Notes: generated by a model not told the origin, from the sequence alone. Counted from the stretch's first letter, positions 23,701 to 37,199 are shown. The stretch: DNA of 64,000 bases from Alloascoidea hylecoeti (GCA_001600815.1 BCKZ01000004.1:248001-312000), one strand, 5' to 3'. Translations and numbers: made by a program.

Positions 23701-26700
23701 ATTTGCTGCGATGACCTCTAACTTTATAACTTTATTTTTTACCATATTATATATTTGTGTGGGTTTATGTAGTAAGAGTGAAAGATAGCTTATAATGTCT
23801 ATAGTTTTCCATATCTCTTGACATCAAAATATATTTTTAACATTTGCATACATATTCATATTATTATAAGAGAATTCTCTAAATACGAATTGTGTTGCGT
23901 GAAATGTCTTAGTAAATATTGGTTATTTGTTTGAAATATTCAAGTTTGGTTTTAAGGTTAGAATAATCGAGGTTAATGGAACTCCATAAATGTTTTATTT
24001 ATACAACATATTTGTTTTGATCTCATTATTTACCAATTTAGTGTTGTAATGAGTTTTCCATAATAGTATTAGAATAGTAAAATATTAGACTATATAAAGA
24101 TTAGATATTTCCTACTTATAATAAATTAACTGAGAAGATATTGATTTTTCCAAACAGATACTTATATTACTATTACCACAAAAATGGACCTCGAGAGCTA
24201 TATTATAACAACTTTCTGAAACAAGGCAAGGACCTGTGATGAAAGGCGAAAATGTAATTCTATGTGTGATTACAAGCTAAAAGAGGAACCCCAACCCTTA
24301 AGAAAGAGCTGCCCTAACCGGGGATTATTATTATCATCACCAGCTAAATTTAAATACACACGATTATACATTTTACAATTGCAATTGCAAACTTAGGTAT
24401 ATTTAGCTGAAAATTCAAATTAAGTTTATACCTATCATATCAGCAACGAATTACACTATAATTGAGTTTATAATTAACTGAGAATTGCACCATATTATAT
24501 ATTGTTGAAAATTATACGAACATTAAAATACGAACATCTTCGTATAATGATACACCCAGCTATAATAGAGAAAGGGACTGTAAAAATGCATGTGCACATT
24601 TGAATTTACGACTTTATTTAATGAATAAATTTATGATTATTCCTCCGGTTTTATAAAGGCCTTTAAAGCTTCAATTTCTGTCTTCTATTGCTCCTGTGCC
24701 TCTCTTATTAAATTAAAGTTTTCAAATATATCGTTTGTGTTGCTTGTCCATGAGAGCAAGCGAGTCTCCGGTAGAATTATTACTTGATCTGATACGGTAC
24801 AATTTCTTTATATTGATTCTCTGTAAAATTAATATTAATCTTTATATAAAACTAAACAGAAAACAAAAAACAGCTGTCGTATAGTATTAAGTATCAGAGA
24901 TCTCTGTAACTTGTAATTGAATCCATAATATCAGATCAGATGAATTAGGATTTAGGAGAAGACACTCAATTGCAATACTAAAACATCGGATATAGATTAT
25001 CCTATCATTATCCGAAGAGTCTATTAAAATTTAGCTTTAATGAATTGAACTTATCGCTATTCTTTGTATCTGTTATCGAGATTAAATCTAATTGAAACGC
25101 TAACGATATTAATATATTGTTTCCAAAATATAAAGCAGCTCTTCTGCATTTAATACTTGTCCTCTGAATTTGTAAGTAATCTTCATGATCAAATGTAAAT
25201 ATATCTATCATTTGTGATCGAAAATTGAAATTGATACTTTTGCCATATTCGCGCTTTTCGGATATTTCGTTATCCGTATACGGAAACGTATTCTAATTTT
25301 GTTTATAATCTTAAGCTGTATAGAAACATATTTATATGAAAAGTTTAAATTGATTAATTAAAATATTAATATTTAATATTAATAATATATATAATATTAT
25401 ATTATATACCATCCATCATAACATTGCACTGCAACACCGTTAAGTAAGACACACTTTTATTCAGGATATTTTAAAAATAAAACAATTGAGAGGACCTAAT
25501 AGAGTACTATAACTATGGATGAAAATGACCGACGTGGCAGTACTAGTGGTCGTAGAAGTTTTGTAATATAATGTGATATTAGGTCTCAATTGTAATTCTT
25601 GCTAAGTTGAATTTACAAAGTTTCGATTTCTAAAAATTCAGTTAATTAACACATTAATACTAATTATATATACAATATTCTACTAACCGGAAGATATATC
25701 GATATCTTTGATTGATTAATATTACAATTGTAAGTTTGTTTATAACCATCATTTGCAGATTGACATTTGGCGGGCGAGTGGTTCTATGGTACGGTAACTA
25801 TATAGTCATCCGAACCCCAAACTGGCCTATACGCCAAGATAGGCTTATAGTAGTACACCCTATACCTAATAATATATTAATTTTTGAATAAAGCATATTA
25901 TTATTATATTTATTGGCATTTTAATTAAATTACTATACTATACCTAGGTATATAAATTTAATTATAAGGTTAATCCGGTTGAATTAATATAACTGTATAG
26001 TCTATATAGTATTTGATACTCGACTCAAGCTCGGTTATATCGGCCAGTTAAATATATATATAAGGGCCTTGTCCTTATACGTATACCATATATAGTACGT
26101 ATATAACATACTTACCAATATAGTTAGCTATAATACTTAATCTGGCCATATAGAGGGGGCATAAATATATCTTATATATATATATTTGTTAAAAATATTA
26201 TCCATTGTTTCCAAATTGTTTCACTTACTTTATAATTATAAATTTAGTTCCTTAATTTTAAATTTAAGCCACATACATCAATAAAAAAATGCAATTGCAA
26301 GAGCCAAGGTTATATAATTAAAGATTAATCAATTGCAATTAGTTATAATTATACAATCAGAAATTCAGAATTAACATTTGAATTTGACCATTCTCGAATT
26401 CATTTAATTCTAATTCGATCTTTTCGGAAATCTGCAGGTTTTTAACCGGAAAAAAAATCTGAGCAAAAATTTATGAAATATTAATATTATAATGAGACAA
26501 TTGCACACAATCAATTTAAATTTTTTTTTATCCTACAGTAATATTGTTATATAAGCTTATAAAGCTAAACTGATATTGGAGGTTGGAGCATAATTGTATA
26601 TATGTTTTAAGGGCCTTAATGTCCCGATTATATATCCTAGCCATAGGGCATCGATATTTGGTTGTAACTGTAAGCTTATAAAGTGCATGATAGATCAGGT

Positions 26701-28225
26701 TACAATTATGGATACCTGCCACGGAAATGTTGCAGTTAAAGCCTTACGAGCTTCACGTCAGCTTAGATTGAATCGTTGTAATTAGGTATAATTATTAATA
26801 TATTATTATTGGTAATTATAAAGACAATATAAAATTTTATCAAATCTATAAATCTATAGCTATTTCGTTGTAATTAATGTTAATTGACATTGACACCAAC
26901 ATTGAAATTGATTACCTTTCGGATGTAGGAACCAGTACTGGTATGAAATTTAGATCATGATATAATGCAGTGATATCTTGATGATAATATTTTATTTAGA
27001 GTACTCTTTTATAATCTTCCATCAACTAAGAATATAAAGCTTTAGACTAGACAATACAAAATAATTCCGTCGCCTGCAAAAAACGATAATCATCAATTTT
27101 GTGTTTTAATTATTGCATGTGATAAGAATCCTTTTTCAGAGAAACGCTTTTGGAGTATGAAAAATGATTAGTTTGAAATGTCAATTAGTTTCTGGGCAAA
27201 AGAAATATATCTAGAAAATAAAGATGAGTTGATTCCGCTTCATGAATCTCAGTTATTTAACATATTATTAGATATCTATATTAAATCATAAATATAGTAT
27301 TTCTACTTTGAATTCGCCATTTTGGACGAATAATTTCGTCATAGTAGTATGTGTATTTCCGACATGATAATTAAAAAAAATTAAGTCCCCTATAAACCCA
27401 TATTTCGTCTTTCTATTTGTCACATGAATAAACCTACTTTCAGCGCTGACGAGTGAAAAGTATGTTGCTTGGGTGGCAAAGAGTAGAATCTGTGGATGTT
27501 TGTTAATCATTACATACTAGAGTGAATATTAGCTTCAAAGTGATAAATATTTCGCTACAATGTTCAACATAGTTAGTCAAACAGAAGACGCATATTAGTG
27601 TCCATATGACAAAATATTTTGAAGAAAAAAACGATAGACAGTGGTTAAAATAAAATTGGTCAACCACATTTGTGACTATGAGTGATAGAAGAGTAAATTC
27701 TGGTAGAATTATATAGTAAATAATAGCTAAATGATGTTATTAATCTCAAACGGTTTGATCCTCTTAATCTCAAGCGAGTTTTCTTAAACTCCTCTGACTG
27801 ATATTTTAGTTTCTTACCGGTACGGTATTTGGTTATTTCATTTTATAATAATAGCTCTAGATATTGATCTTATATTTAAGACTATTAATACACTTAATTA
27901 CTGTTTGATAAGGCTTCCGAATTTGAAATGAAAGTAGTTTAATTCTGTCATAATTAAAAGTGTAATATGCATATAATTATAGTATTACTATCATCTTCAG
28001 CTTAAATTATTATACATGCATGTGCAAAACTAGATCTATACATGTATGTAGTGTATTGTTTAAAGGGATGTGATACTGGTGTATAATAAATTGTATAATT
28101 CAAATGATAAAACTTCTATATGCTAATTGCTAAAAGACCAACTTAATTTACGTACAGTCAACTGGTATCAGAATCTTGAGACAAAAAAACAAAAAAAGTA
28201 AAGCATCGAAAGTATTTCCTTATAG

Positions 28226-28859
28226 TTATTCGTCAATTTCTTCGTATCTTTGCATCAAAAGCCGTTTATACTCTTTTGGGTTCTCATCCCATAATTGAGC
28301 AGCTCTATAGAATAACTACCGTTAGTATAAACAACATTAGAAAAAAACAGCATGAATTTTGCGATGAACTTACTGAGCATTTAGAGGACTACTGTTATTA
28401 GCCTCTTCCAGTAAAGATTGTAAAGATAATAAGAGAGTTTGGACGTTATAAACGGCAGACCATTTGTCCTTTAAAATATCTAAGCAGATATTACCAGACA
28501 TATCAACATTAGGATGCCACATTGGACTGACGAATTTCACTGTTGGCGCTTTATATGGGTAATTATGTGGAAATGATAGTGATAGCTTAAATGTCAGACC
28601 TTCGTAATAAGTACCTTCGGGTCCTGTGATGGTGCCTGTCCACTCCAACATGTTGTCATCAGAAACTGGAAACGCGCTTACACCTGGAGAGTTTGACATC
28701 TATTGTTTGATGATTAGAATGGTTTCATTTACAAGAATATTAATGTCAGGCACTTACCATCAATTGAACCAGCTCACTTTGGAGCCTCTTAGATACAGAA
28801 TGGCTGTCTGAGCTATGGTTTGCTATAGATGGAGCGGAGTTTGTGTTTTGAGATTCCAT
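28226..28859 (-). CDS. UBC11: Ubiquitin-conjugating enzyme E2-C (UBE2C/Ubc11 type)
   Basis: Exons 28758-28859, 28374-28699, 28226-28304; both introns GTAAGT..TAG, the second with a perfect TACTAAC. Protein [25 protein letters not shown]...[25 protein letters not shown]...SPLNAQAAQLWD. Confidence 0.93.
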
Positions 28860-29085
28860 GTTGCGCTTACTTATTCAATTGTTATGTTAGTAGATAATCT
28901 TGTTAATATATATCTATCTAGATGTATACATACTTTTCAGAGGTAGAATTGTATGAATAATTAGCAAAGTATTCCAAATAATTAAGAGATGAAAAGGAAA
29001 AATTGTGTTCACACTACAATAACAGAAATACAAAAACACGTGTTACCCAGACAACCACATACGGTTAAGATCTTATCTATTCCAT

Positions 29086-29667
29086 TCATTTAGGAATTGC
29101 TCTCAATAACTTTTGAGAAAGAACAAATCCATACGAAGCCAAACTACCAAATGTGATCAGATTCACTAACATACTTCCACCATGGACTTGGCCAAAGGTC
29201 TTGTTTAGATCTTTTCTTGCTGGCGTTAAAGGTTGATTTTCAACAGGTTTGCCTTCCTTTTTATCAAGATCATGTCTCCTTTCTTTCAATTTCACTGTCC
29301 ATGGAAGCAATACCGCTAGGTTCAGTAAACTGGTGCCACTGGCAACTCCCAATGCTACTTTGGCAAAGCAAGCACCTGCTCCAAATTGTGGCAAAGTGAG
29401 GAACAAGATTGGTGATGCCACTGATTGAAGGAGAAAATAGTTTTTAAATATGTGAGATTGAAGTTCCGAAAAGCTTTCCAATGGCAGAACCTTATAGGCA
29501 ACAATACCCGCGTAGAAGGATTGATAGGTTGTGGTACCAAAACTAAAGATTTCCAATTGGTTAATGATTATACCATATAATTTAGGAGCGGGTTTTACTT
29601 ACACAAGCGAATAAAGCAAAAGATGCAGAGGTGCTGTCGACTTAAGAGTTGAGATAAGAAGAGTCAT
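29086..29667 (-). CDS. TMEM205/DUF4149-family membrane protein
   Basis: Exons 29603-29667 and 29086-29542 (intron GTAAGT..CATTAAC..TAG); HLLLYSLVFGTTTYQSFYAGIVAYKVLP..F..LQ..IF..YF, NL..L.P.T and FGQVHGGSMLVNL motifs. Confidence 0.85.
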
Positions 29668-32097
29668 AATATATCAAGTATAGTTACAATTTATATGAGA
29701 AGTTCCAATTGTCGTTCTTTATATTAATACTGCTGATAATATAAAGTTCTGAAAACTGTGGAGTGAGAAAAGCCGAAATTTAAAGTGTTATTAATCAGCT
29801 GACTCTATTCTCTTGTTAATATGTAGAACGAAGTTGTCGACACAGCTCAAACGAGACTTACGCTCGGATTTGTTAATATGAAAGGAGATGAAAAAAGATT
29901 CAGGAGATATATCTGTTACCAAGATTTGAATGAGCTGTTACAAGACTTGTAAATACTTATGGTAGTCGTCAGACGTGTCCAACTAAAGATCAGCCATAAC
30001 GTTTATTATATTAATTAATAGTAGGCTGGTAGCATATTGTAAATTACTTTTTATTTATCAGATATCAAATATTTAATGACAACAAGCCGGGTGATATATT
30101 TCGACAGATTGAAACCCAATTATTCAACAACTTTTCGCGTAGAAAACTATATATTAGGTTTAAGTGTTCCAATTAACCAACTCATGATGTTCCTAAGGGC
30201 CCAAGATCGTAGTTTGAATATGATGTAATTATAAAGCTTTTCTTTTAGTCATTTAACTGTTCTGTATGTAATAAAAAAATTTTAAGCTTCTAATCAATTA
30301 TTACATCTTTTTGTTTAATCTATAACCGAAAAGAATCGAATATAATAATAAATGTGTGTTTTAATTGAATATATTTCTTTTGTGACACCTTTAACGCTAA
30401 TGCGATTCTGATAATTACCGGTGTATTACTGTCCTCTTGACTTTTTTCTGAATTTTTAAAAAGGTAAAGATCAGTTTTCTAAAAAACTCCAGACTAATCC
30501 TAAGTATAATATAATTATAGTAACTAGAGCAAAGCATTAAATCAATTGCATGCTCAAGTATAATGTAGCCAGAATAAATATAATACAGAAAATAATCAAC
30601 TGCAAGCTTAGGTGGGAGAACTCATGATCACGAATGAAATAATATTCAATTGCAATTTCAGTGATGGCAGTTGCGCCCATATCTAACAAATGTATGAAAG
30701 AGTTCCAATATCTCTTAGCAGTGCAGTTATTAATATTTCGTAAATATCTTTTAAAATTCCTTGGAATATAAAGTCGTTCGGCTTCTGCTATTGGTAGTGT
30801 GCTGCTCATTCTTTTCTTGATCTACTGATGATTATTTTGTAAAATGAAAAAATAAAGTACTAATTATATCTTGTTATAGCTGGTGGCAGTCGCTTTATAA
30901 TAATTGATTTATCTGGTCTCTCTTGAAATCTTTAATTCAACATTTCATGTGTAGTCTATTAATAAAAAAATTTTAAATTAAAGGTTTGGCTGTAGCTAGG
31001 ATTTTTACCAGAAAAAAATTGTGCCGAAATAGTAACAACAGATAAAAAAAGAAAGTAGAAGATGAATTTTAGGTCTGAAAACATCAAATAGTGTATGTTT
31101 ACCTTTAAACAGGATCCGGAGGGTGATTTAAAGAAAAAATTTTGTCTCCCTTTTCCACAGTAATCATATTAGATAATGTTAAATTCATTATAGGATCCAT
31201 TGCAAGTTCTAATATAGCATATTTAATAGATTGTATTTACAATTTTTAGAGTTAGCTTCTCCTTATTGCAATTGCATAATCTTCAGTCCATTTTTGATAG
31301 TACATAGTAAAAATAGTTATAATGGCGTGTATTATACTTATACCTAGGCCTTATGGTAATAGATGTATAATTTATGTTATTACCAAATGTGGTGATTACC
31401 TTATATGCCGGTAGGTGATAATAATAAATGTATATTATTTTGTTATTACCAAATATAATAACGTTAACGAGTGCATCATTACATTATATAGCTCCATCAC
31501 TTTTTTTACGTAAAAAAGTTAATAAGTAAATTAAACCCATGGTTTAATAATTCATCAACCCTTTTAACCTTGTGATATAAAACTCCTTCTGCTTTCCTAA
31601 TTATAGTAACTGCATGAACATTCTCAGATTTAAGAGATTTGTGTGGATTTATTTAATCAGCTGTCTACAGCACAATTAAGTATGAGAAGTGACATTTAAA
31701 GAGTATAGTTCCTAGACTATAAACAGTCTTATATATCCTAAATAATAATTAATCAACTACTCTATCTTTTCACAAACTACAATTGACTTAATAGATCAGC
31801 GGATTGTTTTAGCGAAATGGCACTTATTGATTTATCTAGGGAACAAGAATCATAAGTTATACATCGTGATTTCACATAATACCTTAAATAAGTATAAGTT
31901 TAAGTTCATTAAACCTGGAACAGGAGTGTGTGAGTATGTAAAGATCTATTATATTCGTTGCGGCCATAGAAAGCACCGACCTCAATCTCAACAGTCTACA
32001 AACAAAATGAGAAATCATACGAAAAAGGAACAGAGAATATATTTTTAAAACATTAATTTGGTTTGATACACCGCGTACCGATGTAAAAGATTACTTA

Positions 32098-34158
32098 TTA
32101 ATGGCGCACCAATGAGCCATATACCCCTTTAAAGACTTTGGCTAATGAACGCCGACCATCCCAAAGTGGGAAAAGTCCAACAGCTATGAAAGTCATATAT
32201 ATCCAAAAGATAGAAACCGTCGTCCAACCCTCGAAAAAAGCCTTGTTCCATATCCAATTTCTATATAGGGGTAATGGCCAAACCACCCATGTTAGTAAAA
32301 GAACAAAAACCGTAAATCCATAAGCTATTTTCATCCAGTAATTGATTAGTTTCAAATTTTTTTCTTCTTCGGATAAATCATGACTTATATCACTATTGTT
32401 TTGATGATTAGAGTCCTCATCTTCATAAGAATCCACAGCTTTAATATTTCCAGTGGCTACTTCTTTTCTTTCTTTTTCCGACACTTCACTAAATACAACA
32501 AAATCTGTCTGTCGATCAGCTTTGTCTTCCTCTTCTTCTTCCTTTTGCACCAGTTTCGCTTCTTGTAACTTTGACCAGTCGAACTTACTTGGTTTAATGA
32601 AACTTATAACGAAAGTTAGTATAGCTGGCACAAATATTGCTACTAATCCCCCATATAAACATGGTAATTGTTCTCCTGTTGACACGATAGTTATCTCTCC
32701 ATAAAATCCGTGGGCTGTTCCTAGCCATGTTGCAAGTCCTAATACTAAACCTACAATTGGTGATATTAATGCTGCAGCCTCTGTTTGTCCATCCCACACG
32801 ATTGCCAAAACAAGCGGTACAACTCCGGGACAGATCAACATAGAATAAAAGTATCCCATCCAAGTCATATCAACACCAACATAATGTAACATTACAGAAA
32901 ACCCTGCAGAAAAAAGACCAAAAAAAACAACTCCAAAATGTGACACTGCAATTAATTGCTTATTGGTGGCCTCTGGCTTGATATATGTTCGATATATATC
33001 AAAAGACATGATACTACTAACAGAAATCATTTGAGCACTGACAGTTGAAGTGCAAGCAAGAAAAAGGCCAAGAAGTAGTCCACCACAAGCACCGTTTCCT
33101 AATAAAGCCTTTAACGTATATGGAAGAACATACCCACTTGAAATCTCAGAAGCAGTCATTTGCCTTGGATAAGTCGGAAAGATTGGAAGATCCTCTACTA
33201 CAATTGATGCCAAACCACATACAGTACCAAGAGGCCAAACAACAGCAAAAATACATACAGCACCAATAATGTAACCAGGAACAGTGGCTTTGACACTAGC
33301 AGAAAATGTTTTCTGCCAAAATGAGGAATCCATTACTGTCAATCCAAAATCACCAACAGAATGAATAATTCCAAAAATAATAGCTCCCTTAGATTTAAAA
33401 GTCATGACTGAACCTTGATAATTTCCGTCAATATATCGATCTCCATCATGCTTCATGACAAGATCATACAATCCAGATAAACCATTAATCTTATCAGATG
33501 CAAGAACAGCGGTTGAGAAATAGCATAGTAAAATAACTGCAATGAAAGTATGGACATAATCAGTCAAGAAAGTACTTTTTAAACCACCAACTGCCGTATA
33601 TAATATGACACCGAAAGGAATTAACATTGTGGAAGCAACAATATGAATGTTAGTTAGAGCTGTTATAGCACCTGCTGTAGCAAGAATCATTGAAGAACAG
33701 GATAACAAATTGTTGACGAGGCATAGAAATAGATATAATATATGTCCTGGCTTACCATATCTTAACTTGATGATTTCCAAGCAAGTATGTCCGTTTGCTA
33801 TTTTCTTTTTAGACTCGATTCCTACAACCGCCATAACACAGATGTGGACTGATAGACCAGCCGCATACCAATAAGCACTTGCTATTCCATAATTATAGAC
33901 CATTGTAACACACCACAAATATTCCGAAGCCCACATCCAAGATGAGAAAACAGCGGATGCCGTAAGGCCTATCCCTACTGATCTGTTTGCAACCATGAAC
34001 ATTTCAGTGGATTGTGAATTTTCATTTAAATATTTATCCATTGCTTTTGTTGCACCTATTATTCCGAGTGCAAATAAGGCAGCAACACCGATAAGGACAC
34101 CATACCCAGCACCTTGAGACAATATGAAGGGTACAGCTTCAACTGTAGAATTAGTCAT
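32098..34158 (-). CDS. DUR3: DUR3-family sodium:solute symporter (urea/polyamine transporter-like)
   Basis: LSQGAGYG, EMFMVANRSVGIGLTASAVFSSWMWA, YTAVGGLKSTFLTDYVHT, SFDIYRTYIKPEAT and WPLPLY motifs; many TM segments. May be a paralog rather than the true urea transporter. Confidence 0.88.
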   Translation of the reverse strand: MTNSTVEAVPFILSQGAGYGVLIGVAALFALGIIGATKAMDKYLNENSQSTEMFMVANRSVGIGLTASAVFSSWMWASEYLWCVTMVYNYGIASAYWYAAGLSVHICVMAVVGIESKKKIANGHTCLEIIKLRYGKPGHILYLFLCLVNNLLSCSSMILATAGAITALTNIHIVASTMLIPFGVILYTAVGGLKSTFLTDYVHTFIAVILLCYFSTAVLASDKINGLSGLYDLVMKHDGDRYIDGNYQGSVMTFKSKGAIIFGIIHSVGDFGLTVMDSSFWQKTFSASVKATVPGYIIGAVCIFAVVWPLGTVCGLASIVVEDLPIFPTYPRQMTASEISSGYVLPYTLKALLGNGACGGLLLGLFLACTSTVSAQMISVSSIMSFDIYRTYIKPEATNKQLIAVSHFGVVFFGLFSAGFSVMLHYVGVDMTWMGYFYSMLICPGVVPLVLAIVWDGQTEAAALISPIVGLVLGLATWLGTAHGFYGEITIVSTGEQLPCLYGGLVAIFVPAILTFVISFIKPSKFDWSKLQEAKLVQKEEEEEDKADRQTDFVVFSEVSEKERKEVATGNIKAVDSYEDEDSNHQNNSDISHDLSEEEKNLKLINYWMKIAYGFTVFVLLLTWVVWPLPLYRNWIWNKAFFEGWTTVSIFWIYMTFIAVGLFPLWDGRRSLAKVFKGVYGSLVRH

Positions 34159-34685
34159 TTGTCTAGTTAATTGTAAGCTTAACGATAAGTTAAAATAGTA
34201 AGCAACTAATTGCAGTCGTGATTATAAACAACATTTGTTGAAATGATCTTAGTTTATAAAGAGAACTCATATCAACTCAAGTATATTTTTGGGATTGAAA
34301 ATTAAAGTATAATTTTTCCTATTTGCATCTACAATTGTAAAATCTTTATTGATATGGCATCATCCTGATTTTCGTAAATATCAATAGATCTCACATTGTC
34401 GCATAATTTATTGTCAACCTACTAACAACGTATCTCAATGTTACAGGATTCTGATTATCAGACATGAATTCACACATTGTGTTTTCCCCGTTCTGATATA
34501 TAAATTCTTACCGGAATATGTTTGATAATCACGACATACACTCTAGAAATGACAAATTGAAACTGGCGGTAATACCCAAATTCAGCTGCAATATTGTCTT
34601 ATAATCTCATTAAAAACATATACATGCTTAACGAGGTAATATATATCGATCTGTATGTAGTACGTATTTAAGACTCAAATAATAG

Positions 34686-34883
34686 AAGAACCATCCCTTA
34701 CGTACCCCGTCATGAAGAACATTCATCAAATTTTCATATTTTCAGGAGTTGATTAAGGCATTTTAAAAAAACAGAGCAAAAGATCAATTCTCTAATACCC
34801 TGGACTCCTGGAGGATACAAGCTGCTTTGTTTCAAGAATGGAATAAATTTGCTTATGAAGAAATCGTATGCATATGTGGATAA
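34686..34883 (+). mobile_element. Possible Tc1/mariner transposase C-terminal relic
   Basis: Stop-interrupted frame ...ELIKAF*KNRAKDQFSNTLDSWRIQAALFQEWNKFAYEEI resembles the post-catalytic 'K.R...AAL.EEW.KI..E.I' helix of Tc1-type DDE transposases; no TIRs seen. Confidence 0.25.
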
Positions 34884-35625
34884 TTAACAATTTAACATAC
34901 AGGAGCTCTACATATTCCACGCATTTAAATATCTGAAAATTCAATTCGAACTCAATATTACCCGATTGATTATTGAGTCACTTTGAGTGTATAAAAATAT
35001 AAGTGAAAAAGTGTCACACAACTACATTCAACCTCAACTTAATACCTATGAATATACAATTACTTTGCTTATATAGAATGATATAAACAATACTGTAGCT
35101 ACATAATACTATACCTATAATTTATAACTAGACCTACATATCCTTTATAATATTCATTCGATTTATCACAGATGAAGTTTGTTTTCACCGATTCATTCGT
35201 TGTCACGCTAACTGCTTGTCTCCCATCAGCAGTCGTGCAACACATCGAACCAACCACTGGACAGTGGAGGTAAACATAAACAATAGTACAATACTAAACA
35301 ATGACATCCATAATACTCCATATGTTACCAATCACAGCCGCTTCATGCAATGTTGAGTGAACTGGTTTATATGTGGGTTTACGTATATGTATACGCTTAA
35401 AAATTGACATTTCTTTCGTGGGTGCTTCGTATAAGCCTACTGGTTCTTAGACATGCACAAAATAAATAGAAGTTATAAAAAACTTTACATACAACCTTCT
35501 TATTTCTGGTATAAGTTATATGAACTTATATTTATAATATAGGTATAGGATAGAGATTTATATCTCATAATATTATATTTAAACATATTTGTTGGTAACC
35601 AGTACCCCAACTAATAGCTATGTTT

Positions 35626-37199
35626 TCAATTCAATAAAGATTTCTCGAACGATTCTCGGTCAACACCAGCTTTCCATCTATATTTATGTGCATGATGAGA
35701 AGGGCTTATAAAGCTCCCTTCTGGGCCTTTAACTCCAGTAAGATTCTCTCTAAAAGTACCACCTGGCACGGCATAATCACCCCATGATAAACCTCTGCTT
35801 CTCAATTCTGGAAGCAAAAGTTCGACAATATCCTCAAATGATTTTGGTGCAACGGCATAAGTGAAATTAAAACCATCAATATTTGCAACGTCGACCCATC
35901 TTTCGAGCTGATCTGCTACAGATTTTGGTGTTCCAACAACAACTGGTCCAAGACCTCCGATTGTAATTTGTTTAGCTATGACATTCCTATTCCATTCGCC
36001 TTGTCCAGGAACAGCTTTACTCCAGTTTTCAACCGCAGCTCTCATAGAATTTGAGGAAACTTTTCCTAATGGTTCTTTTTCACCATATTTAGATAAATCG
36101 ATACCAGTCCAACCACCAAAAAGTGCCTGCGCACCTTCAAGATCTCCATACTGCTGATAATCTTCAAATTTTGCTTTTGCTTCTTCTTCAGTCTCTCCGA
36201 TAACAGTTGTAATCAATGCAACGAACTTAATTGAGTCACGTTCTCTTCCATACTTTTCAACGGCAATTTTTCTAATGGCCTCAACTTTTGGTTTCAAATC
36301 CTCAGGAGAAAAAGAGATGACAAATATAACCTCTGCATGTTTAGCACCAAAATCTTTACCGACACTAGATGTTCCTGCTTGTAGTAAAACGGGTAATCTT
36401 TGTGGGGAAGGCTCAGTAATAGCGGGGCCGGGAACGTCAAAATATTTACCTTTATGGTTGATCTCTCTAATTTTTGATGGATCCGTAAAAATTCCTCGCT
36501 CTCTGTCTAGAATTACAGCATCATCACTCCAAGATGATAGTAGAAGCTTATATACAACATCCACGAATTCATCTGCCTTAACATATCTCTCATCATGTTC
36601 CAGTAAAGGTTCTCCGTTCAATAAATTTCTTGCGGCACTGTCTTGATAAGATGTGACAATATTCCAACCAACTCTTCCCTTCGTTAGATGGTCAAGCGTT
36701 GCAATTCTCCTAGCAAGATGATATGGCTGCTCACTGATAGTACTGAAAGTGATACCAAAAGATAGAGATTTTGTAACGGCAGCCATTGCGGAAACTACTG
36801 CACTAGGTTCATTGACAGGCCATTGAGCCCCAGCTGTTGCAGCTGGTACAAGATTTCTTGGTCCCTTATAAACATCGTATCCACCTTTAAGTTTTATATG
36901 TTAATATCATTATAATTGGAATATATAGTATGAGAATGTATAGGTGAAAATGAAGAATTCATGATCAAGATCAATGTTGCAATAAAAAACTTACCTAAAA
37001 CATCAGCGAGGAAGACAGCGTTGAATTTTCCTTTTTCTAGTAGCTTGGCCAGTTCTACCCAATAATCAATATCCTTATAGTCCCTAGAATGATCATCTGG
37101 ATGTTTCCAGAGACCCGGGCATTGTAGGCCACTACATCCCATAGCGAATGCATTAATGATAAGATGTTTCTTTGGTTCAGCTTCAGTAGTAGATGCCAT
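35626..37199 (-). CDS. FMNH2-dependent luciferase-like monooxygenase, NtaA/SnaA/DszA family
   Basis: Exons 36995-37199 and 35626-36884 (intron GTAAGT..TATTAAC..AAG). GLWKHP, LAKLLEKGKFNAVFLADVLGGYDVY, PYHLARRIATLDHLTKGRVGWNIVTS, PSPQRLPVLLQAGTS, DGFN and LLPELRSRGL motifs. Confidence 0.93.

Noticed and set aside
26108..26116. ATACTTACC, identical to the U1 snRNA 5' end
   Set aside because: The following sequence is AT-rich with no recognisable U1 stem-loops, 70K-binding loop or Sm site; a 9-mer match alone is insufficient.
27446..27458. CTGACGAG..GAAA hammerhead-like core
   Set aside because: No room for stem II and no flanking complementary stems.
27472..27480. Perfect PACE/Rpn4 element GGTGGCAAA
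   Set aside because: No gene start nearby; it lies downstream of the UBC11 3' end, so it is probably chance.
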